Origin: Candidatus Gastranaerophilales bacterium
GTDB taxonomy: Bacteria > Cyanobacteriota > Vampirovibrionia > Gastranaerophilales > UBA9971
DNA: 52,178 nt
Direction of reading: 5' to 3'
Assembly (NCBI GenBank): GCA_028278305.1
Contig: JANQEP010000089.1
Span: 1-52,178, forward strand
Shown here: piece after piece, positions 44,359 through 52,178 of the stretch
Layout: each line of letters begins with the position of its first letter
Numbering within the stretch: the stretch's first letter is position 1
The notes under the pieces: model-generated
The model's input: the letters and a program-made list of their open reading frames with translations, nothing else
The model's database searches: none
Told to the model about the DNA's origin: nothing
Position numbers and translations under genes: made by a program

Positions 44359-45969
44359 ATGAATAAAACTGGCGAGAAGTTTAAGGTCAATAATATAGCA
44401 AGTAAAATAGAAAAAATGCAAAAAGATGGTAATATCTCAAAAGCAATCGAGATTTGTCAGTCTGCAATCAGGCAGGACCCAACAAATTACGAGCTGCATG
44501 TCAGGCTTGGAGATCTTTACCTGGAAAAACACCTGAATATCTATCAACCCAGACAATATATTGATGAAGCCATAAATGAATACAGAATTGCGCTGGAATC
44601 TGACCTTAATTCCGCGGAAATCCATTATAAGCTGGGGATTACCTTTTATCACAAAGGAGAGTTTGAAAAAGCACAGAATCATCTTGGTATAGCACTGGAG
44701 TATGACGAAAAACACTATAATGCCCATTTTATGACCGCAAGGATTTTAGCCAGGAAAAACCGGACTTCAGAGGCAATGGCTCATCTTAAAAATTCGTTAA
44801 AATATGGCAGACACAAGAATTCCAGAGCTCATTACCTGATTTTTACCCTGTTAAGGTTAAACCCTGATAAATCCCTTATAAAATCTTTTAATACTTATGG
44901 TCACCTATTAAAAGCAATATTTAAACTGCCTTTTGATAAAGCTGCTCAAAAAGAAACCCTTGCAAAAATAAATTCCATAAAATTCCTGTTTGTATACCTG
45001 AAAGGATATTATCTTGAAAAAACAATGAATATCAATGAAGCTACAGAACTCTATACCCATGCTATAGAGAAAGCACCGGGATATGTTTCCCTGTATTTAT
45101 GGCTGGGAAACGCTTACAGGTCATTAGGACGGGTTAATGACGCATTAAACGAATACAGAATGGCAATATGGCTTGATCCTATGAATATAACCGCATATAA
45201 GCTGCTATGTACTATGTTCGAAGAACAGGGGGATTATGACAGTGCTGTTGAGGTATATAAAAAGCTCATTGAAATGAATCCTGATGATGCTATTTATCAT
45301 AGCAACCTGGCAAATATATATTATTTAAAAGGTGATGTAAAAACAGCAGTTTCTCATTATCAGACAGCCATTGCTCTTAACCCGAATCAAAGCTGGACAA
45401 GCATTATTGCACAGACTCTCGGGTATATTTTTCATGAATCAAAAGAAAACTATGACGCGGCAATAAGCGCTTATCAAAGCGCAACTATTCTTAATCCGAC
45501 TGATATAGACATTTATCTGAGTCTGGGAAGCGCTTACTATGATAAAGGCGATCATTCTAATGCGCTTAATACTTACAGGCTCGCACTTGAGATTGACCCG
45601 AATAATTCCAGGATTCACTGTAACCTGGGTTTTCTGCTATGGGGAAAGGGCATGATAGAAGAAGCAGTGAAGGAATACGACAAAGCAATACAGCTGGAAC
45701 CTAATTATGACATAGCTTACAATAATCTCGGCGTTATTTACCTGGATAACCTGGGCTATGTTCAAAAAGCAATTGATAACCTGACAAAAGCTGTTCAATG
45801 TAATGGAAGGTACGCTCTTGCACATTACAACCTGGGAAGGGCGATGGCAATAAAAGGGGATAAAATTGAAGCAGCAAGGTTTTTGCAGATTGCTCTTGAT
45901 TTAAACACTCATACCAATGAGCTCGATGAAAACGAAATTAAAATGAAAATAAAAGAACTTTTTGACTAA
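44359..45969 (+). CDS. TPR repeat protein (536 aa)
   Basis: Repeated 34-aa TPR units (AI.EY..AL.L.P....a...LG..Y...G). Flanked on both sides by MITE-like repeats. Confidence 0.8.
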   Translation: MNKTGEKFKVNNIASKIEKMQKDGNISKAIEICQSAIRQDPTNYELHVRLGDLYLEKHLNIYQPRQYIDEAINEYRIALESDLNSAEIHYKLGITFYHKGEFEKAQNHLGIALEYDEKHYNAHFMTARILARKNRTSEAMAHLKNSLKYGRHKNSRAHYLIFTLLRLNPDKSLIKSFNTYGHLLKAIFKLPFDKAAQKETLAKINSIKFLFVYLKGYYLEKTMNINEATELYTHAIEKAPGYVSLYLWLGNAYRSLGRVNDALNEYRMAIWLDPMNITAYKLLCTMFEEQGDYDSAVEVYKKLIEMNPDDAIYHSNLANIYYLKGDVKTAVSHYQTAIALNPNQSWTSIIAQTLGYIFHESKENYDAAISAYQSATILNPTDIDIYLSLGSAYYDKGDHSNALNTYRLALEIDPNNSRIHCNLGFLLWGKGMIEEAVKEYDKAIQLEPNYDIAYNNLGVIYLDNLGYVQKAIDNLTKAVQCNGRYALAHYNLGRAMAIKGDKIEAARFLQIALDLNTHTNELDENEIKMKIKELFD

Positions 45970-45970
45970 A

Positions 45971-46130
45971 TTACTCGAATTGCTAAATAGTTGAAAGGCT
46001 TGATATGACTGATTCAAAATTCCTTAAAATTTATGAAAAAGAGGCGGCGGCGAAGCCGCCGCCCTCCTTCAGGTGGGAGGGTGGGCGTTTTAAGGAATTT
46101 TGAAAAAATGTAATTAGCAATTCGAGTTAA
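45971..46130 (+). mobile_element. R3 MITE-like repeat, copy C (160 bp, terminal inverted repeats, GC-rich hairpins inside)
   Basis: The ends TTACTCGAATTGCTAAAT and TAATTAGCAATTCGAGTTAA are inverted. The first ~70 bp are near-identical to the reverse complement of copy B. The interior holds GGCGGCGGC-GAA-GCCGCCGCC and CCCTCC...GGAGGG hairpins. Confidence 0.65.
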
Positions 46131-46133
46131 ATT

Positions 46134-46175
46134 AAGGGGTAAAGAATAAAAAATTCTTACTTAAAAACTTTTTAT
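46134..46175 (+). repeat. R1-related repeat, divergent copy
   Basis: AAGGGGTAAAGAATAAAAAATTCTTACTTAAAAAC. The left arm is identical to R1 and the centre is diverged. It abuts the purB 3' end. Confidence 0.55.
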
Positions 46176-47467
46176 ATACACATTCTTTTATAAACCTTGT
46201 CTATATTTTCAAGGTATTTTTCAGGCTCAAAGCATTCTTCAATTTCTTTCGGGGAAAGTTTATCCGTAATCCTGGCGTCACTGTATAAATTAGCCTTAAA
46301 ATCCCCTTCAGGGTTATTCCATGCTTTATGAGCATTTTCCTGAACCAGCCTGTAGGCATCTTCTCTTAAAACACCCTTAGCGCAAAGTGCGAGCATAACT
46401 TTTTGTGAATATATAACCCCGCCGTAAAGCCGGGTATTTTTTCTCATATTTTCAGGATAAATTTGCAGGTTATCAATGATATTTTTAAACCTGTTAAGCA
46501 TATAATCCAATAAAATGGTGCTGTCCGGGAAAATAATCCGCTCAACCGAGCTGTGGCTTATATCCCTTTCATGCCAGAGAGGAATATTTTCAAGCGCGGC
46601 AATAGAATTTGACCTTATAACCCGTGCCAGCCCCGTTAAATTTTCACTACCTATAGGGTTTTTCTTATGGGGCATGGCAGAAGAGCCTTTTTGTTTTTTG
46701 GAAAAACCTTCTTCGGTTTCCAGAACCTCTGTTCTTTGCAAGTGCCTCAGCTCAACGCAAAACTGTTCTATGACTGTGGCAATTAACGCCAGAACCTGCA
46801 TATAATTGGCATGAAGATCTCTCTGTATAACCTGCGTGGAAACATTAGCCTGTTTTAACCCCAGTTCCTGACAGGTTATTTCTTCTATTTCAGGTGAAAT
46901 ATTACTGTAAGTCCCGACCGGCCCGCTGATCATTCCCACATTAATTTCCTCTGAAACAGCCCTGAAGCGGGTGAGGTTTCTTTGCATAATATCGAGCCAC
47001 AAACACATTTTATGGGCAAAAGTCGTAGGTTCGGCATGGATTCCGTGGGATCGCCCTATACATACAGTCTGTTTATGTTCTGTTGCCTTTTTTCTTATGG
47101 AATCCATGACAGCGTTAAGGTCATCTTCAATAATTTTATTTGCCTGTTTCAACTGAAGCGCCAGGGCTGTATCAAGAACATCCGAGCTTGTCATTCCCAT
47201 ATGTATATACCGGGAGGATTCACCCACATATTCCGCAACCGACGTTAAAAACGCTATGATATCGTGCTTAACTTCAGCTTCTATCTCGTCAATCCGTTTT
47301 ATATCAAAATCCGCTTTTATTTCAATGTCCTGCAGTGCTTCATCAGGAATGTTTCCAAGCCGGTTATGAGCCCTGCATACCGCTTTTTCAACTTCCAGCC
47401 AGCAGCGGTATTTGTTTTGCGGCTCCCAGATTTTTGCCATTTCCGCCCGGGAATATCTTTCTATCAT
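46172..47467 (-). CDS. purB: adenylosuccinate lyase
   Basis: The N-terminus MIERYSRAEMAKIW and the signature SSAMPHKKNP. Confidence 0.95.
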   Translation of the reverse strand: MIERYSRAEMAKIWEPQNKYRCWLEVEKAVCRAHNRLGNIPDEALQDIEIKADFDIKRIDEIEAEVKHDIIAFLTSVAEYVGESSRYIHMGMTSSDVLDTALALQLKQANKIIEDDLNAVMDSIRKKATEHKQTVCIGRSHGIHAEPTTFAHKMCLWLDIMQRNLTRFRAVSEEINVGMISGPVGTYSNISPEIEEITCQELGLKQANVSTQVIQRDLHANYMQVLALIATVIEQFCVELRHLQRTEVLETEEGFSKKQKGSSAMPHKKNPIGSENLTGLARVIRSNSIAALENIPLWHERDISHSSVERIIFPDSTILLDYMLNRFKNIIDNLQIYPENMRKNTRLYGGVIYSQKVMLALCAKGVLREDAYRLVQENAHKAWNNPEGDFKANLYSDARITDKLSPKEIEECFEPEKYLENIDKVYKRMCI

Positions 47468-47500
47468 AAAAATTCTCTCTCTCTGAGCTACTTATCAAAT

Positions 47501-47704
47501 ATATAGTGATCCGGGAAAATAAACAAGATTTAATATATGAGGATGAAAAGCAATAATAGCAGTATTTTAAGAGTTAGGTGCAGAGCGAAGCCCTACCCAA
47601 AACGGTTTCCCCCTTCCTTTGAAGGAAGGGGGCAGGGGGATGGTAGTTTCAGACATTTTTTTAAATTTAACTAATTTCCTGATTACTTTTTAAGATCACT
47701 ATAA
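47501..47704. repeat. inverted-repeat-bounded intergenic element E with a GC-rich hairpin
   Basis: The ends ATATAGTGATC and GATCACTATAA are inverted repeats. An internal 10-bp stem CCCCCTTCCT-TTGA-AGGAAGGGGG lies at 47609-47632. Confidence 0.5.
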
Positions 47705-47805
47705 ATAAAAAATTTTCCCTGTCCAGCCGTGAATATAAGCTTGCTATACACTGTTTTTGCCAGAGCATGCCATCAGGATAAATTCTTTATGTTTAAAAAA
47801 CGCTT

Positions 47806-50271
47806 CTAATCTTCGTCAGGCAGCGCTATTTTAGTTACTGCCACTACAGTATCATTTTCCACTAAAGACTGGACGCAAACTCCTGTAGCAGGTCGTCCCT
47901 GTCTGGAAATATTATAGCCTTTTTGCCTTGTGGTAATTCCCTGTGCCGTAACAACCATGACTTCATCATTTTCTGATATGAGGTTAATAGAAGCGACTCT
48001 GCTGGAGGAATTCTTAAATTTAGTACAGATAAGACCTATTCCTCCCCTGTTTTGAGGTCTAAATTCAGAAATAGGAGTCCTTTTCCCGTATCCGTCAGTG
48101 GTTACTACCAGTAAGTCAGCGCTATGGTTTTTCGGTATAATATCAGACCCGACCAGGTCATCATCAGGTCTTAATTTCATTGCTGTTACGCCCCTGGCGC
48201 TTCTGCCGAGAGGTCTCAGGTCGCTGATCGGGAATCTTATTGCCATTCCCCGGCTGGTTCCGATGATTATTTCATCATTTTTATCAGCAAGCTTTACCCA
48301 CCCGAGCATGTCCGTCTCAGTAAGACCCATCGCTATAATTCCGCTTCTTCTTATAAAGCTGAAATTGTTCAGCTCAATTTTTTTGATAAATCCCTTTCTG
48401 GTAAGCAATAAAAGGTATTTATCCTCGGAAAATTTGTTTATAGGAATAACCGCGGTTACATGTTCATCCTGCTCAACCGGCAACAGGTTAATTATAGGCA
48501 GACCTTTTGCTGTTCTTCCCCCTTCCGGGAAATCATAGACGTTTATGCTGTAAACAAGACCCTTGTTAGTGAAGAAAAGGACTTTATTATGCATTGTAGC
48601 CGTAAAGAAGTGTTCAACATCATCATTATCCCTTGTTTTTATACCGCCTTTTCCCCTGGTTGCACGGTTTTGTCTTTCAAAAGTGTCCAGGGAAATCCTT
48701 TTTATATAGCCGTTGCGGGTTATGAAAACCGCCATGGGATCATCCGGGGTAAGGTCTTTTATGGATAGTTCGTCCTGATGGGGAATAATATGGGTTCTTC
48801 TCTCATCAGCAAATTTTTCCCTATCTTCTTGAAGTTCTTCCTTGATTATATTCAGGATTTTCTGTCTATCAGCCAGTATAGCTTCATATTCAGCTATTTT
48901 TTCCTTGAGCTGCTGGTATTCTGCGTTGATTTTTTCCTGCTCAAGCCCTGTTAACCTTCTTAGCTGCATTTCCAGAATTGCATTTGCCTGGTCCGCATCA
49001 AGTCCGTAATTCCGTATTAAGCCGTTTCTTGCCGCCTCTGTGGATTCTGAAGTTTTAATAAGCTCAATAACCGCATCAAGGTTACCAAGGGCTATGATTA
49101 AACCTTCTAAAATATGTGCCCTTGCTTTTGCTTTTCTCAGGTCAAAGCGGGTTCTCCTGGTTACAACCTCGACCCTGTGCTCTACAAATTCGTTCAGGAC
49201 TTCATAGAGGTTCAAAAGTCTTGGCTGTTTATCCACAAGAGCTACCATATTAACTCCAAAGCTTGTTTGAAGGGTTGTATGCTTAAATAAATTATTCTGG
49301 ACAACGTCAGGGGTTACATCCCGCTTAAGTTCAATAACCACCCTTGTTCCGTCACGGTCGGATTCATCCCTTATATCGCTTATCCCGTCGAGTTTTCTGT
49401 CTTTTACAAGTTCGGCAATTTTTTCAATCAGGGCTGCCTTATTAACCTGGTAAGGAAGCTCTGAAATTATTATGGCTGTTCTATCATGCTTTCCCCTGCC
49501 GGTATCAATCTGCTCATAGCGGGTAACAGCACGCATTACAACACTTCCGCGTCCGGTTTCAAATGCCTGCTTTATGCCGTCCGTTCCAAGAATAGTAGCT
49601 CCGGTAGGGAAATCCGGTCCTTTAATATACCCCATCAGCTCAGCAATAGAAATATCCGGATTATCAATCAGTGCAATAGTTCCGTCCACGATTTCCTTGA
49701 TATTATGCGGGGCTATGTTTGTAGCCATTCCTACCGCAATACCGCTGGAACCGTTTAAAAGAAGCATAGGAAGCCTTACCGGGAGAATATCAGGCTCTTC
49801 AAGGCTGCCGTCGAAGTTCGGGGTAAAATCCACGGTATCAGAATCAATATCAGCAAGCATTGATGTTGAAATTTGAGCCATTCTGGCTTCCGTATACCTC
49901 ATTGCCGCCGCGGAATCACCATCAACACTTCCAAAATTCCCGTGTCCGTCTACTGTCATATAACGTGTTGAAAAATCCTGAGCCATACGCACAAGAGCGT
50001 CATAAACAGCTGAATCTCCGTGAGGATGGTATTTACCAAGTACTTCCCCGACTATACGCGCGCATTTTTTATACGGCTTATCAGGGTACATTCCTAATTC
50101 GTTCATAGCAAAGAGAATTCTTCTATGAACAGGCTTAAGTCCATCTCTGACATCAGGAAGAGCTCTTCCTACTATGACAGACATTGCGTAATCAATATAT
50201 GAACGTTTCATTTCATCCCTGATATTTATAGGGACTATATTTCCATCTCCAAAAAGTGTCTGTTGAGTCAA
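47806..50271 (-). CDS. gyrA: DNA gyrase subunit A
   Basis: Motifs [18 protein letters not shown] (catalytic Tyr) and the GyrA-box-like QNRGGIG in the C-terminal beta-pinwheel. Confidence 0.95.
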   Translation of the reverse strand: MTQQTLFGDGNIVPINIRDEMKRSYIDYAMSVIVGRALPDVRDGLKPVHRRILFAMNELGMYPDKPYKKCARIVGEVLGKYHPHGDSAVYDALVRMAQDFSTRYMTVDGHGNFGSVDGDSAAAMRYTEARMAQISTSMLADIDSDTVDFTPNFDGSLEEPDILPVRLPMLLLNGSSGIAVGMATNIAPHNIKEIVDGTIALIDNPDISIAELMGYIKGPDFPTGATILGTDGIKQAFETGRGSVVMRAVTRYEQIDTGRGKHDRTAIIISELPYQVNKAALIEKIAELVKDRKLDGISDIRDESDRDGTRVVIELKRDVTPDVVQNNLFKHTTLQTSFGVNMVALVDKQPRLLNLYEVLNEFVEHRVEVVTRRTRFDLRKAKARAHILEGLIIALGNLDAVIELIKTSESTEAARNGLIRNYGLDADQANAILEMQLRRLTGLEQEKINAEYQQLKEKIAEYEAILADRQKILNIIKEELQEDREKFADERRTHIIPHQDELSIKDLTPDDPMAVFITRNGYIKRISLDTFERQNRATRGKGGIKTRDNDDVEHFFTATMHNKVLFFTNKGLVYSINVYDFPEGGRTAKGLPIINLLPVEQDEHVTAVIPINKFSEDKYLLLLTRKGFIKKIELNNFSFIRRSGIIAMGLTETDMLGWVKLADKNDEIIIGTSRGMAIRFPISDLRPLGRSARGVTAMKLRPDDDLVGSDIIPKNHSADLLVVTTDGYGKRTPISEFRPQNRGGIGLICTKFKNSSSRVASINLISENDEVMVVTAQGITTRQKGYNISRQGRPATGVCVQSLVENDTVVAVTKIALPDED

Positions 50272-50490
50272 AATTTATTCCTCTTAAAAGTCATTTATAT
50301 AAGTTTGATTCAGTTAAATCCTAGCACAAAGGTAATGCTGAAACAAAATTTAATTTTTAAAACGGGCATAATTTATTTAAATTTATAACTAATTAAACTG
50401 AATTGGTTGAATATTCAGGTTATGGAAAAATCTTTTTATTATATAATTTAAACGGTCAATACCATAAAAAATTAAAGGAAATAAGAAAAA

Positions 50491-51756
50491 ATGACACAGA
50501 TCGAATCTGCAAAAAATAATGAATTAACCTCGGAACTTCTGCAGACAGCGGAAAAAGAAGGGATATCCCCCGAAGAGCTCCGGCAAAAGGTAGCTCAGGG
50601 CAGAGTTGTAATACTTAAAAACATTAATCATAAAGATGTTACTCCTATAGCGGTAGGAGAAGGCTTATCAATAAAGATAAATGCTAATATAGGGACCTCT
50701 CATCAAAAAAGCGGACTCGACGAAGAGATAAAAAAGCTGGAAATTGCCAGGAATACCGGGGCTGATACAGTAATGGACTTATCAACAGGAAAAGATATAG
50801 ATGCCACAAGACGTTCAATTCTTAGCAAATCTACAATTCCCCTGGGAACGGTTCCGATCTATCAAATAGGAATCGAAGCCATGAATAACCAGGAATCCTT
50901 TATGGAAGTGGAAAAAGATGATATTCTGCGTGTAATTGAAAATCATTGCCGGGACGGGGTGGATTTTATTACGGTTCATTGCGGAGTTACCAGGGCTGTG
51001 GTTGAATGCCTGGAGCAAACCCCCAGAGTAACAGGGATTGTAAGCCGCGGCGGCTCTATGCATGCTTCTTGGATAAAAAAACATAGCAGGGAAAACCCTT
51101 TATACGAATACTATGATGAACTTCTTGATATAGCAAAAACTTACGACACAACGCTTTCACTGGGAGATGGATTAAGACCGGGAAGCGGAGCTGACGCGGG
51201 CGACAGGGCACAGGTTATGGAAACCATAGTACTCGGGGAACTCGTAAAAAGAGCAAGACAAGCCGGTGTTCAGTCAATGGTGGAAGGACCCGGGCATGTT
51301 CCTTTTAACCTTATTACAGGAATGATTGAGACTATAAAAACCCTTACCCACGGCGCTCCGCTATATGTGCTCGGACCGCTGGTTACGGATATAGCGCCGG
51401 GATATGACCATATAACTTCCGCAATCGGCGGAACCGCTGCTGCAACCGCAGGAGCTGATTTCCTGTGTTATGTTACACCAAGCGAACACCTGGGCTTACC
51501 TGATTTTGAGCAGGTTAAACAGGGTGTAATCGCTTCGAAGATCGCTGCTCATGCTGCTGATGTCGCAAGGGGAAGATCGGCTTCCATAGAAAAAGACAGG
51601 TTAATGTCTGTTGCAAGAATGAACCTTGACTGGAAAAAACAGGCTGAATACTCCCTGGATAAAGATGTTTTTGAAAAAATCGACGACGGCAAGCCCTGCA
51701 CAATGTGCGGTGAGTATTGCAGTATGAAGATTTTCAGGGAAACAGTAAAAACTTAG
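50491..51756 (+). CDS. thiC: phosphomethylpyrimidine synthase (short, 421-aa form)
   Basis: Motifs VEGPGHVP and CTMCGEYCSMK (CxxCxxxxC radical-SAM-like cluster). Confidence 0.95.
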   Translation: MTQIESAKNNELTSELLQTAEKEGISPEELRQKVAQGRVVILKNINHKDVTPIAVGEGLSIKINANIGTSHQKSGLDEEIKKLEIARNTGADTVMDLSTGKDIDATRRSILSKSTIPLGTVPIYQIGIEAMNNQESFMEVEKDDILRVIENHCRDGVDFITVHCGVTRAVVECLEQTPRVTGIVSRGGSMHASWIKKHSRENPLYEYYDELLDIAKTYDTTLSLGDGLRPGSGADAGDRAQVMETIVLGELVKRARQAGVQSMVEGPGHVPFNLITGMIETIKTLTHGAPLYVLGPLVTDIAPGYDHITSAIGGTAAATAGADFLCYVTPSEHLGLPDFEQVKQGVIASKIAAHAADVARGRSASIEKDRLMSVARMNLDWKKQAEYSLDKDVFEKIDDGKPCTMCGEYCSMKIFRETVKT

Positions 51757-52061
51757 CTCTTTCTGCCTCATTTCTGCGATAGACCGCATCCAAATTGTGA
51801 TTGCACCATAAAAGAAGTTTACGGGGAGCTTTGTGATTGTAAGGAGCTGACAAGTATTATCATGCTAAAGCAAATTCCCGGGCAGCACGATTAAGTAATT
51901 TAAAGGAACTTGCTGACTATTACGATGATCTTTATGTACATAAAAAATCATTAGAAAAAATTTTAAAAAACTCCGCTGAAGATCAGGAAGCAAACCAAGA
52001 AGGCAGAGAACCAGGTAGAAAATATCCATCTGGTAAACCCGGCGATATACTAAGGAATTAA
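51757..52061 (+). pseudogene. possible frameshifted or start-less gene remnant downstream of thiC
   Basis: A 45-codon open stretch in the thiC frame after its TAG (LFLPHFCDRPHPNCDCTIKEVYGELCDCKELT...). It is followed, in another frame, by a 72-codon stretch with no start codon (51843-52061, GADKYYHAKANSRAARLSNLKELADYYDDL...). Confidence 0.2.
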
Positions 52062-52072
52062 CAAAAAATTCT
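52051..52072 (+). repeat. 22-nt dispersed repeat TAAGGAATTAACAAAAARTTCT (copy 2)
   Basis: Matches 15320-15341. It contains the TAA that ends the start-less ORF 51843-52061. Confidence 0.6.
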
Positions 52073-52178
52073 GGTAGTGGTTAAATTCTTAGTGATAAAT
52101 TGTAATGTATGATAAAAAGGTGTGTTACAAGGTCGTGCCAGTAATCTGACTTTGAAAAAGCAAGTGTTTTTCTTGTAT

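Noticed and set aside
44116-46130. Integron-like gene cassette with attC sites (R3 copies flanking the TPR gene; the R3 right end contains GTTAAAT, which resembles a GTTRRRY core)
   Set aside because: There is no integrase and no cassette array with uniform orientation. The flanking copies are inverted rather than direct. The left ends lack a proper RYYYAAC inverse core. Other copies sit between ordinary housekeeping genes.
225-46175. Dispersed R1, R2 and R3 repeats as a CRISPR array
   Set aside because: The copies are kilobases apart, in both orientations, separated by genes, and not regularly spaced. No cas genes are present.
50272-50490. Expected TPP (THI-box) riboswitch in the thiC leader
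   Set aside because: I could not find the conserved CTGAGA and ACCTGATCTGGATAATGCCAGCG-like cores on the plus strand. Only weak fragments are present (AATGCTGAAAC, TGAATATTCAGGTTATGG). It is not annotated as a feature, but a covariance-model scan should confirm its absence.
51754-51894. Possible TAG read-through or recoding extending thiC by 45 Cys-rich codons
   Set aside because: The thiC C-terminus is already complete (the CxxCxxxxC motif is followed by a short tail). TAG is also the only stop closing the ORF called at 3771..4376, and TAA and TGA are used normally. Nothing supports stop-codon reassignment.
1-52178. tRNA, rRNA, tmRNA, RNase P, SRP or 6S RNA genes
   Set aside because: I inspected all intergenic gaps over 100 bp and saw no cloverleaf-compatible or otherwise recognisable conserved RNA motifs. 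The absence is provisional until tRNAscan or Rfam scans are run.

Overview
This is a visibly AT-rich bacterial chromosomal segment. About 41 protein-coding genes sit on both strands, and nearly all are single-copy housekeeping genes with little operon structure. They include amino-acid biosynthesis (argG, hisD, aroA, ilvE, a dapL-like aminotransferase, glnA), nucleotide metabolism (purB, hpt, apt), thiC, a mqnA-like gene, metG, rph, gyrA, pcrA, uppP and nagZ. I recognised no rRNA, tRNA, CRISPR array, transposase, integrase or phage gene by eye. A covariance-model scan would be needed to exclude small RNAs. The gene content (SLH-domain envelope protein, DUF3326, futalosine-type mqnA, orphan mlaE, Ski2-like helicase, many TPR proteins) fits a diderm, cyanobacteria-related or similar lineage, but that placement is inference only. 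I found no clear multi-gene novel system (defence island, biosynthetic cluster or secretion apparatus). The unusual content is of three kinds. (1) A dense network of short dispersed intergenic repeats: a ~55 bp imperfect palindrome, often at gene 3' ends, that sometimes supplies the last codons and the stop; a ~160-195 bp MITE-like family with terminal inverted repeats and a shared short ORF; and related inverted repeats that bracket two complete genes. (2) A well-formed orphan two-gene micro-operon (24008-24473) encoding a Gly/Ser/Cys-rich 71-aa peptide and a 47-aa single-TM peptide. (3) Several compositionally odd repeat proteins: an RTX-like protein with a Phe/Trp/Asn-rich head, a zinc-ribbon protein with GGFNRQ repeats, and an SLH protein with a duplicated Cys-rich module. 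All functional calls rest on motif recognition from the translations. No database search was run.
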